NCBI GenBank assembly: GCA_040380025.1
Contig: JBEIJY010000009.1
Location: forward strand, 1 to 64,000
Length of the DNA stretch: 64,000 nucleotides
Origin: Bdellovibrionales bacterium
GTDB taxonomy: Bacteria > Bdellovibrionota > UBA1018 > CAIMNF01
Direction: 5' to 3'
Both the position numbers and the translations under genes were made by a program. The notes beneath the pieces were generated by a model. The model saw only the letters and a program-made list of their open reading frames with translations, was not told the origin of the DNA and did not search any database. Positions 48,529 through 57,787 of this stretch are shown piece after piece; the first letter of the stretch is position 1, and each line of letters starts with the position of its first letter.

Positions 48529-48572
48529 GGCGCGCTCATGGAGGGCGAGAACCCGCGCGCCATTCCCGATCA

Positions 48573-48650
48573 CCCGTACCCTGAACTCTGTTCTGTACCC
48601 GGAATACGGTGAACAGAATTCAGGGTACAGAACAGAGTTCAGGGTGCGGG
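48573..48650. repeat. Long inverted repeat (28-bp arms, 1 mismatch), REP-like
   Basis: 48573-48600 pairs with 48623-48650. Confidence 0.8.
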
Positions 48651-48733
48651 ACAAACCCTTGAATCCTACTCCTGATTCCATCGCCCTTCGGAATTGATTG
48701 GACCCGGCGACAAATCGGCCATACCAATCAGGA

Positions 48734-49078
48734 ATGGAACAGCTCTCGGTTTTGTTGCAAGGGACGATCGCGGCTTCAATCTGGATGGTATGGGTCTTCC
48801 GGTTCGAGAACATCGTCCGTGAGTTCCATCAGTTCGGTTATCCCGATTGGTTCCGGAACCTGATCGGAGCCACCAAGCTGAGCCTCGCCGCCTTGCTTGT
48901 CGCGGGAATCTGGTTCCCGGTCCTGGCGTTTTTCCCGGCCGCGCTGATGGCCGTTCTCATGGTGGGAGCACAACTCACCCATTTTCGGGTCAAAAACCCG
49001 CTTCCGAAATTCATCCCTTCTCTGGTGCTTCTGGTCCTGAGCATTGCGGTGGCGGTTTTGAATCAGGACCGGATTTAG
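48734..49078 (+). CDS. DoxX-like membrane protein
   Basis: EF..FGYP.WF...IG..K, LMVGA...H. Confidence 0.8.
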   Translation: MEQLSVLLQGTIAASIWMVWVFRFENIVREFHQFGYPDWFRNLIGATKLSLAALLVAGIWFPVLAFFPAALMAVLMVGAQLTHFRVKNPLPKFIPSLVLLVLSIAVAVLNQDRI

Positions 49079-49420
49079 GTGAACCTCCTCGCAGTTTTTT
49101 CCTGCATTTCTGGAATTTCTTTTTTGCTCTACGGTTACCAATGCCTCCGCTCGCCCTTCATGAAATTGGAATTCGTGAGGTTCAAAATGGAGCGATTCAG
49201 GACACTGACGGGAATCCTCGAGATTCTGGGCGGAATCGGAGTGGTGATCGGTGTTTTTCAGCCCGCTATCGGGATCCTCTCCTCGCTCGGACTTTCTTTG
49301 CTCATGGCGATGGGCGTGGTCGTTCGGATCAGGATCAAAGACCCGATTCGTTCTCTCCTTCCGGCGCTGTTTTTTTGCGCGCTGAACGGATGGATTCTGG
49401 TTCTTCACCTTTCCAGCTGA
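49079..49420 (+). CDS. DoxX-like membrane protein
   Basis: M..EF.RF...R.LTG.LEILGG.G, R.RIKD. Confidence 0.78.
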   Translation: MNLLAVFSCISGISFLLYGYQCLRSPFMKLEFVRFKMERFRTLTGILEILGGIGVVIGVFQPAIGILSSLGLSLLMAMGVVVRIRIKDPIRSLLPALFFCALNGWILVLHLSS

Positions 49421-50069
49421 TGAACGGCCTGAAGCGCACATCCAAAGACCGCGCATAATACGCAGAATCCGGCGTCTCGGGCAGGGCCACGCCCGCGAGT
49501 TCACTGAACCGCCCTCGGCACAATACAGAACTGGCACGAACCGTCTTCCAAGGCGGGTGGATCACCTCTCCCCGAAAGAATCGATCTTTCCGCTTCAGAA
49601 ACAAATGATACCGCTCGGTGATCCACTGGCGGGAAGGGCTCGAGTCCTCCTCGTTCGAAATCCCCGCTTCGAGCGAGAGGTCATAATCGATCCCACGGGC
49701 ACTCAATTGGTACCGATCCCGCTCCAACGATGCGTGAATTCGAGCGTAGCGGTAAGGAAGCCCGAAGACGCTCCGGGCGATCCAGTTTCCGAGCCGGTGC
49801 GGGGTATCGAGGCAAAAAAAATAAATCCCGGGCACTCCGTCGCACACCACGTAGGTTCGCAAGTTCAACTCCCAAAGGCTCGAAACGAGCGGAACCGAGG
49901 GAGAATACGGAAACCTCACCCGATCCATGAAAAAGGGCACCACCGAGAGAACCGCCTTGCCGTCCTGCAAATCGAGCGGGAACGGCACGTGATGCCGGAT
50001 CCGCTCCGGATCGATTTTCCAGTTCAAAAAAAGAACGTGATTCCAGCGTTGTTTAATGATCCAGGACAT
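49335..50069 (-). CDS. DUF2071 (YqjF-like) protein
   Basis: QRW..VLFLNW, ELNLRTYV, PGIYFFCLD, TERY, H.PW. Confidence 0.85.
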   Translation of the reverse strand: MSWIIKQRWNHVLFLNWKIDPERIRHHVPFPLDLQDGKAVLSVVPFFMDRVRFPYSPSVPLVSSLWELNLRTYVVCDGVPGIYFFCLDTPHRLGNWIARSVFGLPYRYARIHASLERDRYQLSARGIDYDLSLEAGISNEEDSSPSRQWITERYHLFLKRKDRFFRGEVIHPPWKTVRASSVLCRGRFSELAGVALPETPDSAYYARSLDVRFRPFISWKGEEPESIRSARKKTAPEGENESGL

Positions 50070-50424
50070 TTTTTTTCTTCGGAAGCAAATGCCGGTTCCT
50101 GGCAAAAATCCAGTATCCGATTTTTGCGACTTGATGAATGCCGGGCCAGAGGATCAGACGGCTTGCAAAGGCATATCGGGGGATCTTGCTCCAGATGTGG
50201 GCGAAGGCGTCGACTCCGGTCCGGATCTCGCCGTTCTCGGTCTGCACATGAAGATGCTCATTCACGGCTTTTGCATCGAGGCCATGGCTTTCGGCAAGAA
50301 AGTCAGGCCTGCTGATGTCGACGAGCTCGAACACACCCGGAGCGATCCGGTGGTAGTGCGAGATCTCGGAGTCACAAACGATGCAATTGCCGTCGAGGAA
50401 GATTTTTACTTTTTTTGCGTCCAT
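50053..50424 (-). CDS. DCC1-like thiol-disulfide oxidoreductase (DUF393)
   Basis: DGNCIVC (DxxCxxC), GVDAF..IW, Y..FARNR. Confidence 0.88.
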   Translation of the reverse strand: MDAKKVKIFLDGNCIVCDSEISHYHRIAPGVFELVDISRPDFLAESHGLDAKAVNEHLHVQTENGEIRTGVDAFAHIWSKIPRYAFASRLILWPGIHQVAKIGYWIFARNRHLLPKKKNVLDH

Positions 50425-50451
50425 ATGGCTGCCTGCTTCAAGTTTCCGGGA

Positions 50452-52560
50452 TCATCCATTCCACCCGTTTTTGCCCCCCGATTCAACCGGGTTCCTGTTT
50501 CCAAACGGAGGTTCCTTTCCGACAATCCCTATCGACCGGGGAATGTGCTCAAACAATGTGAAATCATACCCTGTGGCAAGATGAACCCGTTTGAATCCGA
50601 GTTCTGCCACTTGGGTCAAAAGCCGCTCTCCGGATACTCCGTTACCCAAGTTTGAATCAATATAGATCGGTGTCTCGAAGTGAATTTTCGGAAGTGCTTC
50701 GAAAAAAGAATCCGGATCCTGAAATGCGAGAAACGACATTTCTCTTTGACAAGCATCCATCTCCCAACACACACGAACCAATTCATCATCATCCAACAAG
50801 ACAGCATCATAATAAATCCGGTCTTGGAGGAGCAACAGGGGAACCGAACCAGCCATCCCTTTTGGAATCAGCTTGATTCCCAATCGTTCACACTCAGTGT
50901 GAATCGAGGGTTCTTCAATGCGAGAGCTGACCAGATACGCCTGTCCGGCAAGCGAATATTGCTCGATCAAGCTCAGTCCGGTCTGTTTGAATCCCATGAA
51001 CTCGTAATCCAGAAGGTAAATCGCGGATTCCGACTCGGATGAAGATCGCACCCAAACCGAGAACTCCTCGGGAGTATGGAAATGATGAATGCTCGTCCGA
51101 TGACCTTCCCGAACCATCGAGGAAAATCTTCTTCTCCAGATCTCGTGTATCGACTCATCGTCGTCGAGAATCACAATTGGCCTGAAAGGCTCGATTTTCA
51201 GCTGCGACAAGAACCACTCCGGAGGATTCACCCTCGGAAGCAGGATCATCACCGAGGTTCCTGAGCCCTTGCTGGACTCGATCCTCAAAGATCCCCCCCA
51301 GGACTCAACACTGGTGCGCGCATGAAAAAGACCCAAACCACTCCCCTCCGCCTTGCCATGCGTTTGACCCCTGAGACCCAGACGGGCCTGGACCTCAGGA
51401 GGAATTCCCCGTCCGTTGTCCGTGATTCGAACAAGAATGGCATTCCCGTGACCGGGACATATGGTCACACCGACCCGGCCCCCGTCTTCGAGAGCCTCGA
51501 CAGCGTTGTTGATCAGATTCGAGCATACTCTTTTGAATTCGGTCGCCTGAATAGCTGAAAAAAAGGAATAGGACTCACCCGACATGGCCCAGTCGAACTC
51601 AATTCCTTCTTTGAAGCGGAATTGAAGACGCTTTTCGCTTACAAGAGAATCCAAAAGAGCCGCCAGCATTTGAACCGAAACCGGCTCCTTTGAGGACGGA
51701 CCGGCGGAAACCGAGAGTGAATCCCGGCTTCTCTGAAGAAGGTTGTTTGCAATGTCCTTGATTCGATTCACGGCAGACCTGAGCAGAATCCTCTTTTCTT
51801 CCTCCAAACCGGAAAGATCGTGCTCCAAAACACACAGAGCGGCCAATGGAGACCGGATGTCGTGAGCCACCTGGGCCGCGATCGAACCAAGAGCCTTCTC
51901 TCTTTCGGCAACAGCATTCTGTTCCTGAAGCAAGCGCAATTGTTGGGCAAGAAGCGAAACTTCCCGGGGCAGATCCCGACTCAGATGAAGCTGTTGCGGA
52001 CCGATCGTGACAAGCCGATAAAGGGGGTTCATGAATTTTGCGCGCAGAAAACGATGCTGAATCATCAGCCCGATCAGAGTGAACAGTGTCCAAGGGAGCA
52101 ATGCGAGCAGTGTGACGGGGCTGCCGATTCTTTGAAAAACGCCCTGAACTGCTGCCGAGACCCTGACCATGAATCGCCCGCGGACCAATGGCACTTCCCG
52201 ATCGAGGAACACCGCTCCATTCTCAAAACCAGAACAGAATCCTCTTTGCATTCGATCCATGCAGGTCAATCCGCCATCGCGGATCTCAATTCGTTCCAAA
52301 CGGAATTCCGCCTGTAAAAGCTGACGGATTTTTTCGGGTTGACCGGCTTTACCAAGAATCAACTCATTTGCGATTCGCCGGGTGATGGACATACTCTCGC
52401 CTGCAAGACGGTTCAGTACATGATTTTTTTCAGACTGCAGCTCGATCCAGGCAAGACCGATGACAATGAAAATGGAAGCAGCGAACGCGAACCCGCATTG
52501 AATGATCCACGAAAGATTCAAATACCAGTGAATCGATCTCGCGCTGGTGTCTTCACTCAT
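50452..52560 (-). CDS. Membrane hybrid histidine kinase with two C-terminal receiver-like domains
   Basis: 2 TM segments, AAQVAHDIRSPL, NLINNA, DNGRG, GSGLGL; ILDDD..LLDY and LLDDD..YIDS REC-like domains. Confidence 0.85.
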   Translation of the reverse strand: MSEDTSARSIHWYLNLSWIIQCGFAFAASIFIVIGLAWIELQSEKNHVLNRLAGESMSITRRIANELILGKAGQPEKIRQLLQAEFRLERIEIRDGGLTCMDRMQRGFCSGFENGAVFLDREVPLVRGRFMVRVSAAVQGVFQRIGSPVTLLALLPWTLFTLIGLMIQHRFLRAKFMNPLYRLVTIGPQQLHLSRDLPREVSLLAQQLRLLQEQNAVAEREKALGSIAAQVAHDIRSPLAALCVLEHDLSGLEEEKRILLRSAVNRIKDIANNLLQRSRDSLSVSAGPSSKEPVSVQMLAALLDSLVSEKRLQFRFKEGIEFDWAMSGESYSFFSAIQATEFKRVCSNLINNAVEALEDGGRVGVTICPGHGNAILVRITDNGRGIPPEVQARLGLRGQTHGKAEGSGLGLFHARTSVESWGGSLRIESSKGSGTSVMILLPRVNPPEWFLSQLKIEPFRPIVILDDDESIHEIWRRRFSSMVREGHRTSIHHFHTPEEFSVWVRSSSESESAIYLLDYEFMGFKQTGLSLIEQYSLAGQAYLVSSRIEEPSIHTECERLGIKLIPKGMAGSVPLLLLQDRIYYDAVLLDDDELVRVCWEMDACQREMSFLAFQDPDSFFEALPKIHFETPIYIDSNLGNGVSGERLLTQVAELGFKRVHLATGYDFTLFEHIPRSIGIVGKEPPFGNRNPVESGGKNGWNG

Positions 52561-53672
52561 CTTGAAACCGATGCCTTCTCGATTCTTTCAAAGGATATTC
52601 TCGAACGTTCCAACTTGTAAACAGATACCCCCTGATAAGGTTTGAATGGTCGGATTTCGCGAATCATTGCGGTGAATCTCTCTTTCCTGTCCGGTCGGTG
52701 CTTGCAAAGCGCTTCTGTGAGTCCGGACACAATCCTAATGAGCGATTGCGAAGAGCCACTGTCCGGAAAACCACCGATCAATGCCCTGTCTTTCAAAATC
52801 CGCCTTCCAACCGAGAAGGTCTTCAACCCCACATCAGAGGGCGGAAAACCTCGCACAGTGATTCCTTTTGCCCTGCCGGGTGCGATCCCCGCACTTAAAA
52901 ATCCGAAATGGGAATCACCCCATCCATCGGATCCGAGAAACAAAGGCGGGGATTCAAGCGACTCCAATTCGAACATTACCCGGGAAGATTGTTTGGAGTA
53001 GTTGGGCAGTAAAACAACACCCGGTCTCAGATTCCGCACCTGCTGTCTCAAACCGTTGAAATCGGGGCCATCCCCGGTCAACTGCGTTTCTCCGAGTTTC
53101 TTCAAGCCGACTCCTGATGCCGCCCTGTCGAACTCTTTTGAGAAATCACGGCAACTCAGACAATCCGAATCAACAACGGAAAAATAAGTGGAGGACTCTT
53201 TTTTTGCGATCCCTACCGCCACAGCGACCATTTCGGCGTTACTCGGGGCCATGGTTGAGTGGATTCCACCAAGCGAAAACACCTCGGCGGATGAAGCCAT
53301 TGTGCTTACCGTCGGAGTACCCTCCGCACCTTTCGCCAGAACAAGATACTGATGACTTCGTCTCGGTCCGACGATGAGCCACTTGCCCTCTTTCGCCGCT
53401 TGATGAGCCCTTTCAAAAGCCTGTAAATCATCGCTCGCGTCAAAAAATGCGAATTGGGATTCGATTCGATAACCGCAACGTCTCAATTCTTCTTTGTTAT
53501 AACGGATCGCCATTGTGACGGCGTTTCTGTATTCGGCGGCAAACCGCTCGGATGAAGTCGTATCTTTGGGGGATAACGCTTCAATGAAACTCACGGGGAC
53601 GGGAATCAGTGTTGATCCTTGGACGATCCCGGACCAAATTGCCACCAGCAGGGCAATGCAAAAACCAGTCAC
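52557..53672 (-). CDS. Periplasmic binding protein, type 1 (LivJ-like)
   Basis: Signal peptide, IVGP..S, LGSDGWG pattern. Confidence 0.65.
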   Translation of the reverse strand: MTGFCIALLVAIWSGIVQGSTLIPVPVSFIEALSPKDTTSSERFAAEYRNAVTMAIRYNKEELRRCGYRIESQFAFFDASDDLQAFERAHQAAKEGKWLIVGPRRSHQYLVLAKGAEGTPTVSTMASSAEVFSLGGIHSTMAPSNAEMVAVAVGIAKKESSTYFSVVDSDCLSCRDFSKEFDRAASGVGLKKLGETQLTGDGPDFNGLRQQVRNLRPGVVLLPNYSKQSSRVMFELESLESPPLFLGSDGWGDSHFGFLSAGIAPGRAKGITVRGFPPSDVGLKTFSVGRRILKDRALIGGFPDSGSSQSLIRIVSGLTEALCKHRPDRKERFTAMIREIRPFKPYQGVSVYKLERSRISFERIEKASVSR

Positions 53673-54052
53673 CGGATCTTTCTCCAGACCAAGTGGGCGG
53701 TTCCGAACGACTCTCGTGGTGACGAGAGCCTCAAATCAGAACCAATCAAGCTGGCAAAACGGATGAGTTGTTTACCGATTCGACCAGGGTTCGAGGCATT
53801 CTCAACCCCATGCACGATTTCACCGCCTTTGACCTCAAAAGAGCCCGAGTAAAAAAGAATGGAATCAAAGATGCGTTCGAATTCGTCCGAAGTCTCAAGA
53901 TCAGGATCCCGATTGATACTCACGCTCATTTTTCCGGAATCATCGTAAATGAGCTGCCCTCGGACATTTTTCCCCCAAGACTCAGTGGATCCCTGAAGAT
54001 CTTCGATCTCGAAACTGACAAGCGACCATGCTCCCAGAATTTTTTCCCGCAT
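53669..54052 (-). CDS. Lipocalin-like domain protein
   Basis: LGAWSLVS, G.LIY...G.MSV, YSG, L.W.K. Confidence 0.78.
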   Translation of the reverse strand: MREKILGAWSLVSFEIEDLQGSTESWGKNVRGQLIYDDSGKMSVSINRDPDLETSDEFERIFDSILFYSGSFEVKGGEIVHGVENASNPGRIGKQLIRFASLIGSDLRLSSPRESFGTAHLVWRKIR

Positions 54053-54082
54053 TCGTCCCCCTTTTCCCGATTTGAACCGAGA

Positions 54083-55447
54083 TTAATGCTTTTGCTTGGA
54101 ATTTGCCACATCCCCCGTCTCGAAAGTCCGCGACATCCCCTCCCCGTCCTCAAACACCATCGGAATCGACCCCAGGTGCGAGTAATGCCGCACATGCAGG
54201 TGCGGTTCGCTCGCGAATCCGGTGAATCCCGAGAGCCCGAGCAAAGCTCCTGCAAGAACCCTCTCGCCGGTCCGGACCATGACACTCGATTGCTTCAGAT
54301 GCACATACTCGGCAAAGGTTCCGTCCTCGTGCTCGATCAACACCAGATTCGCTTGCGATGCGAACTCCTCGGAGGGCCCGCCCGAAGAATGATCCCGGAC
54401 CACCCGAACCACGGTGCCATCCCGCATGGCGAGCACGGGGGTTCCCTCGGGCATGGCAAAATCAATGGCATGTTCCTGCTCATTACGATGCGAAAAATCG
54501 CCACCCGGCCCCTGAAGAACGGCAAAGGACACCGACTCCGGAAAGGGAAGCATGAGCGTGGCCGGAAGAAGCGCCGGTGCCGGATGACCGGTGACCTCGT
54601 TCAGAAGTGAAACGAAATTCTCACGGAACGGATATCGGCCCTTCGGATCAAACATCCAGAACGCCTGAATGTGTCCGCCTCCGGGCACAAGCCACCAGGA
54701 CTTCTTCGGGGGCGCACGCTGATAAAGCGCGCGGCCCAATGCCTCCGACACCACCGGATCATGGGTCCCGTGAATGATCAGGTACCTCGGACCGGGAGGA
54801 AGCGCGCCCTCGGCCGCTTTTGCGTCCGAGAGCACCAAATCAGGAATCCACTGAAACGGCCAGGTCAGCCACGAACTCGCCAGAACCGAGCGCCCCGCCT
54901 CGCGGTACGAGGTGAAGCTCGACTCAAACGCCACCAGCTTGATCTTTGCGAGCTCACGCGGATCGCGAATCTCGGCGGTCTCTTCGAGAGCCCTTTGCAA
55001 TACCGCTCCCCCCAACGACTGCCCGAAAAGAATCAGCGGTTTTTCTTGCTTCAGGGCCCAACGAATCATCCGGACTCCGTCTTCGACCGTGGTTTCGGGA
55101 GTGGGCGCGCCGGGAGTCTTTCCGTACCCTCGGTAATCGAAAATCACATACTCGAAGCCGTGCTCGGGAAGCCAAGAGAGCGCAGTGAAATGGGAAGTCA
55201 GGTTCTGGGCATTGCCATGAAAAAACAAAACAAGCCCTTTCGATTGCACAGATCCGGACCGGAAGCGCCATGCATGAAGCCCCTCGATCCAGAGATCATC
55301 CCAGCGGCGCTGATCGGCGAATCCGAAATCTCGCGGATGGGCATGCTCGCGATGATCCGGATGATACAAAAGCCCTGAGCAACCGGTACCCGTGCAAGAG
55401 AGAAATAAAAGCAAACTCAGAAAAAATAAGTGACGCCCGATTGCCAT
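54083..55447 (-). CDS. Lipoprotein: alpha/beta hydrolase fused to an M23 peptidase domain
   Basis: Lipobox-like FLSC, FHGNAQN, DYRGYG, GQSLGG, HG..D..V; C-terminal HAIDF...Y.HL...PHLH. Confidence 0.85.
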   Translation of the reverse strand: MAIGRHLFFLSLLLFLSCTGTGCSGLLYHPDHREHAHPRDFGFADQRRWDDLWIEGLHAWRFRSGSVQSKGLVLFFHGNAQNLTSHFTALSWLPEHGFEYVIFDYRGYGKTPGAPTPETTVEDGVRMIRWALKQEKPLILFGQSLGGAVLQRALEETAEIRDPRELAKIKLVAFESSFTSYREAGRSVLASSWLTWPFQWIPDLVLSDAKAAEGALPPGPRYLIIHGTHDPVVSEALGRALYQRAPPKKSWWLVPGGGHIQAFWMFDPKGRYPFRENFVSLLNEVTGHPAPALLPATLMLPFPESVSFAVLQGPGGDFSHRNEQEHAIDFAMPEGTPVLAMRDGTVVRVVRDHSSGGPSEEFASQANLVLIEHEDGTFAEYVHLKQSSVMVRTGERVLAGALLGLSGFTGFASEPHLHVRHYSHLGSIPMVFEDGEGMSRTFETGDVANSKQKH

Positions 55448-57243
55448 GTCTTGGCTCCCGTTTGATCCACAAATCCGGCTCCCCACCCGAGGTTCTGCGT
55501 GATGTGCCAGCGGCCCTCGAGAGAAATCTCCGAGCCGAGCCCCGCTCTCGAAATCGTCTTCAGCACCGATCCCAAAAACGCGAATGACTCTCCGATGCGG
55601 GAATGGATTCCAAGCTCCAATGTGCCGTGAGGACGAAGTGCGAACCAGCGGGGAGAAAGCAACCTGCCCCCGCCCAGCAAAAACAGACGCGCTCCCGGCA
55701 CCGGGACCGTCGCTCCGCCTGCGACGTCGAGTCTTGTTCCCGAATCCGCCTCGTACACCACACCCACCTTCCAGCTCGGGTCGTACTTCACGCGGGTCCA
55801 GGACGAAAGCGACTGGACCTGAAACAAGCCGAGTCTTTGAAGCCGCAACCGATCGGAGGCGCGAACCGAGACATTCACAAACTCGATCTGCGCGGATTCG
55901 GGGTACCCGGCTGCTGGGTCAAGCAAGTCCTGCAAGGCCGGCCGGAACGAGAGCTGGGTGAACAGTCGCTCGGGATCATGGCCGACCCCGAGCTGAACCC
56001 GCCTCGGGCGATGTCCCTGGGAGGGATCCGGTTCCGTCCGCGCAACTTGCTCTTTTTGATCATCCTGAACCACACCGGTCAGGGCACGCGCACGAAGGGT
56101 CTGCTGTTTCAGCGCCTGTGGTGCATCTGCGTTTTGGATGAGGTCCTTGAAGTGGGCGAAGTCGATCCAATCCATGCGCGCATCGAGAACGGGAGCGCCC
56201 ATCTCAGGCGTGCTTTCGGTGGTGTTCCAGGATTCCGCCATCGTCCGATCCGGGGGCGAAAGAAGAGAGAGCCTCGCCTCCAGTTTTTTTCGCTGGGACG
56301 GTCGATACTCGACGCCCGAAACAAGATTCGGTTCCTGCATCAGGGACTGCAAGGTATGGGAGGGAATCACGAACCAAGGCATGCGATCGAGGAGTCCGAT
56401 ACGCCCGCGGGAGGAATCGAGAATCGCTTCGAGTGCGGCAAGGATCTCGTAAGAACAGTTCCGGGAAAAATAATAATACCGAAGCTCCGCACGATCGAGT
56501 TCCCAAAGATGGGCCACGAGCAACTCGAGCTCCGATGGACTCAATGCGAGCGGATAGGACCAAAGGTCCCGATTCTCGGCATCCGCGTATTCCCGAATTT
56601 TGTAGTAGTAGGGCATCGCCGTATATTCACCGCGAAACAGCCCGAGCATTCCGTAAAAGGCATACGAAACCGGATTGGAGGTGGTCACCGTTGCGGCGTA
56701 CCCGATCCCGGTGTCCAAAAGCTCGGTGGGCGTCCCCGATTCCCGTGCGGACCGGGCACGATGGATTCGAAGAAACGAGTGCCCGAAAGCCGAGGCCGGA
56801 TTATTGAGGTAATACCCCGAGAACACCACCGAGGCCCCCGTGGCCGAGAGGCGATCGCGAAACGCAGTCCATTCCTCGCATGGTTTTTTTGGGAGAACCG
56901 CAAGATGCAGCCGACTCAAAAGAAGAGCACGGGCCGGAAACTTGCAGTGAAAATCCGAATCGGGACGCGACAGCTCTTCAACCGAGGCCGAGAGCTCCGC
57001 ATCCGGATCGGAATCGCCCCCGTGAGTGAGAAAGAACGCAGGAGCGGATTCGTTGCTCCAGTTCCCGAAAAAATCCTTTCGATAATGAAGGAGCCTGACC
57101 CAGGCATCCGGAATCGCAGAGGCACCTGGAACCGCAGAGACCTCTGCGAGCGAAATCGACGGAAAAACCGTAATCAGAAAAAAAAACAACCGGACCGGGC
57201 CGAAAGCCCGATCCGGTCGCACTCCCCGAAGGGATGACATCAT
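55417..57243 (-). CDS. DUF4105 domain protein with C-terminal beta-barrel-like region
   Basis: W.RLLHY, C.FPAR, PASAFGHSFLR, YYYFSRNCSY; ends in YFF. Confidence 0.85.
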   Translation of the reverse strand: MMSSLRGVRPDRAFGPVRLFFFLITVFPSISLAEVSAVPGASAIPDAWVRLLHYRKDFFGNWSNESAPAFFLTHGGDSDPDAELSASVEELSRPDSDFHCKFPARALLLSRLHLAVLPKKPCEEWTAFRDRLSATGASVVFSGYYLNNPASAFGHSFLRIHRARSARESGTPTELLDTGIGYAATVTTSNPVSYAFYGMLGLFRGEYTAMPYYYKIREYADAENRDLWSYPLALSPSELELLVAHLWELDRAELRYYYFSRNCSYEILAALEAILDSSRGRIGLLDRMPWFVIPSHTLQSLMQEPNLVSGVEYRPSQRKKLEARLSLLSPPDRTMAESWNTTESTPEMGAPVLDARMDWIDFAHFKDLIQNADAPQALKQQTLRARALTGVVQDDQKEQVARTEPDPSQGHRPRRVQLGVGHDPERLFTQLSFRPALQDLLDPAAGYPESAQIEFVNVSVRASDRLRLQRLGLFQVQSLSSWTRVKYDPSWKVGVVYEADSGTRLDVAGGATVPVPGARLFLLGGGRLLSPRWFALRPHGTLELGIHSRIGESFAFLGSVLKTISRAGLGSEISLEGRWHITQNLGWGAGFVDQTGAKTWQSGVTYFF

Positions 57244-57689
57244 GAACAGTTGCCCTTGATCATCGGAGTGATCGTCGACTCGATTTGGGCCGCTGAAACC
57301 TGATTGCCCGGGAAGATCTGTTTGAAATTCTTTTGAAGAGCAGGACCGACCTTTGCATTGTTCGCGCAACCGATCAGCTGGGTCAGACCATTCAGAGTCT
57401 CGCCGTTTCCGCGGGCGACATCGTTGGCAAGGGCTTCCCGGTTGGCTTCGATGTAAGCCTTCACTGTCGGAGCCGCACCACCGCCTCCGCAATTCGAGGT
57501 ACCGAAGGTGATCCCGAAAGTCTGACTTGCAAATGTCCCGTTGGTGGTTGCGGCCAAGATCTGGATCGGACCACGCTTCGAACCAAAGACCACGGATCCG
57601 AGACCGCATCCTGCGTCACCGTATCCGGCGGCTTGGGTTTGACTTGCCATTGCTGCGACTGCGACCAGAGCCAATACAATACGTTTCAT
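57240..57689 (-). CDS. DUF3015 family secreted protein
   Basis: AGCGLGS, AATTNGT...QTFGIT.GTSNC, DVARGNGE.L. Confidence 0.9.
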   Translation of the reverse strand: MKRIVLALVAVAAMASQTQAAGYGDAGCGLGSVVFGSKRGPIQILAATTNGTFASQTFGITFGTSNCGGGGAAPTVKAYIEANREALANDVARGNGETLNGLTQLIGCANNAKVGPALQKNFKQIFPGNQVSAAQIESTITPMIKGNCS

Positions 57690-57787
57690 AATTCTCTCCT
57701 TATTCAGTTTGAGGTTAAACTACATCGAAGAGAGTAGATTCGGGTCACGGACGAAGCAAGCGACATTCCGACCCTGAACCCGAAAAA

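Noticed and set aside
55603..57237. 544-aa plus-strand ORF
   Set aside because: Antisense to the DUF4105 gene; no recognisable motifs
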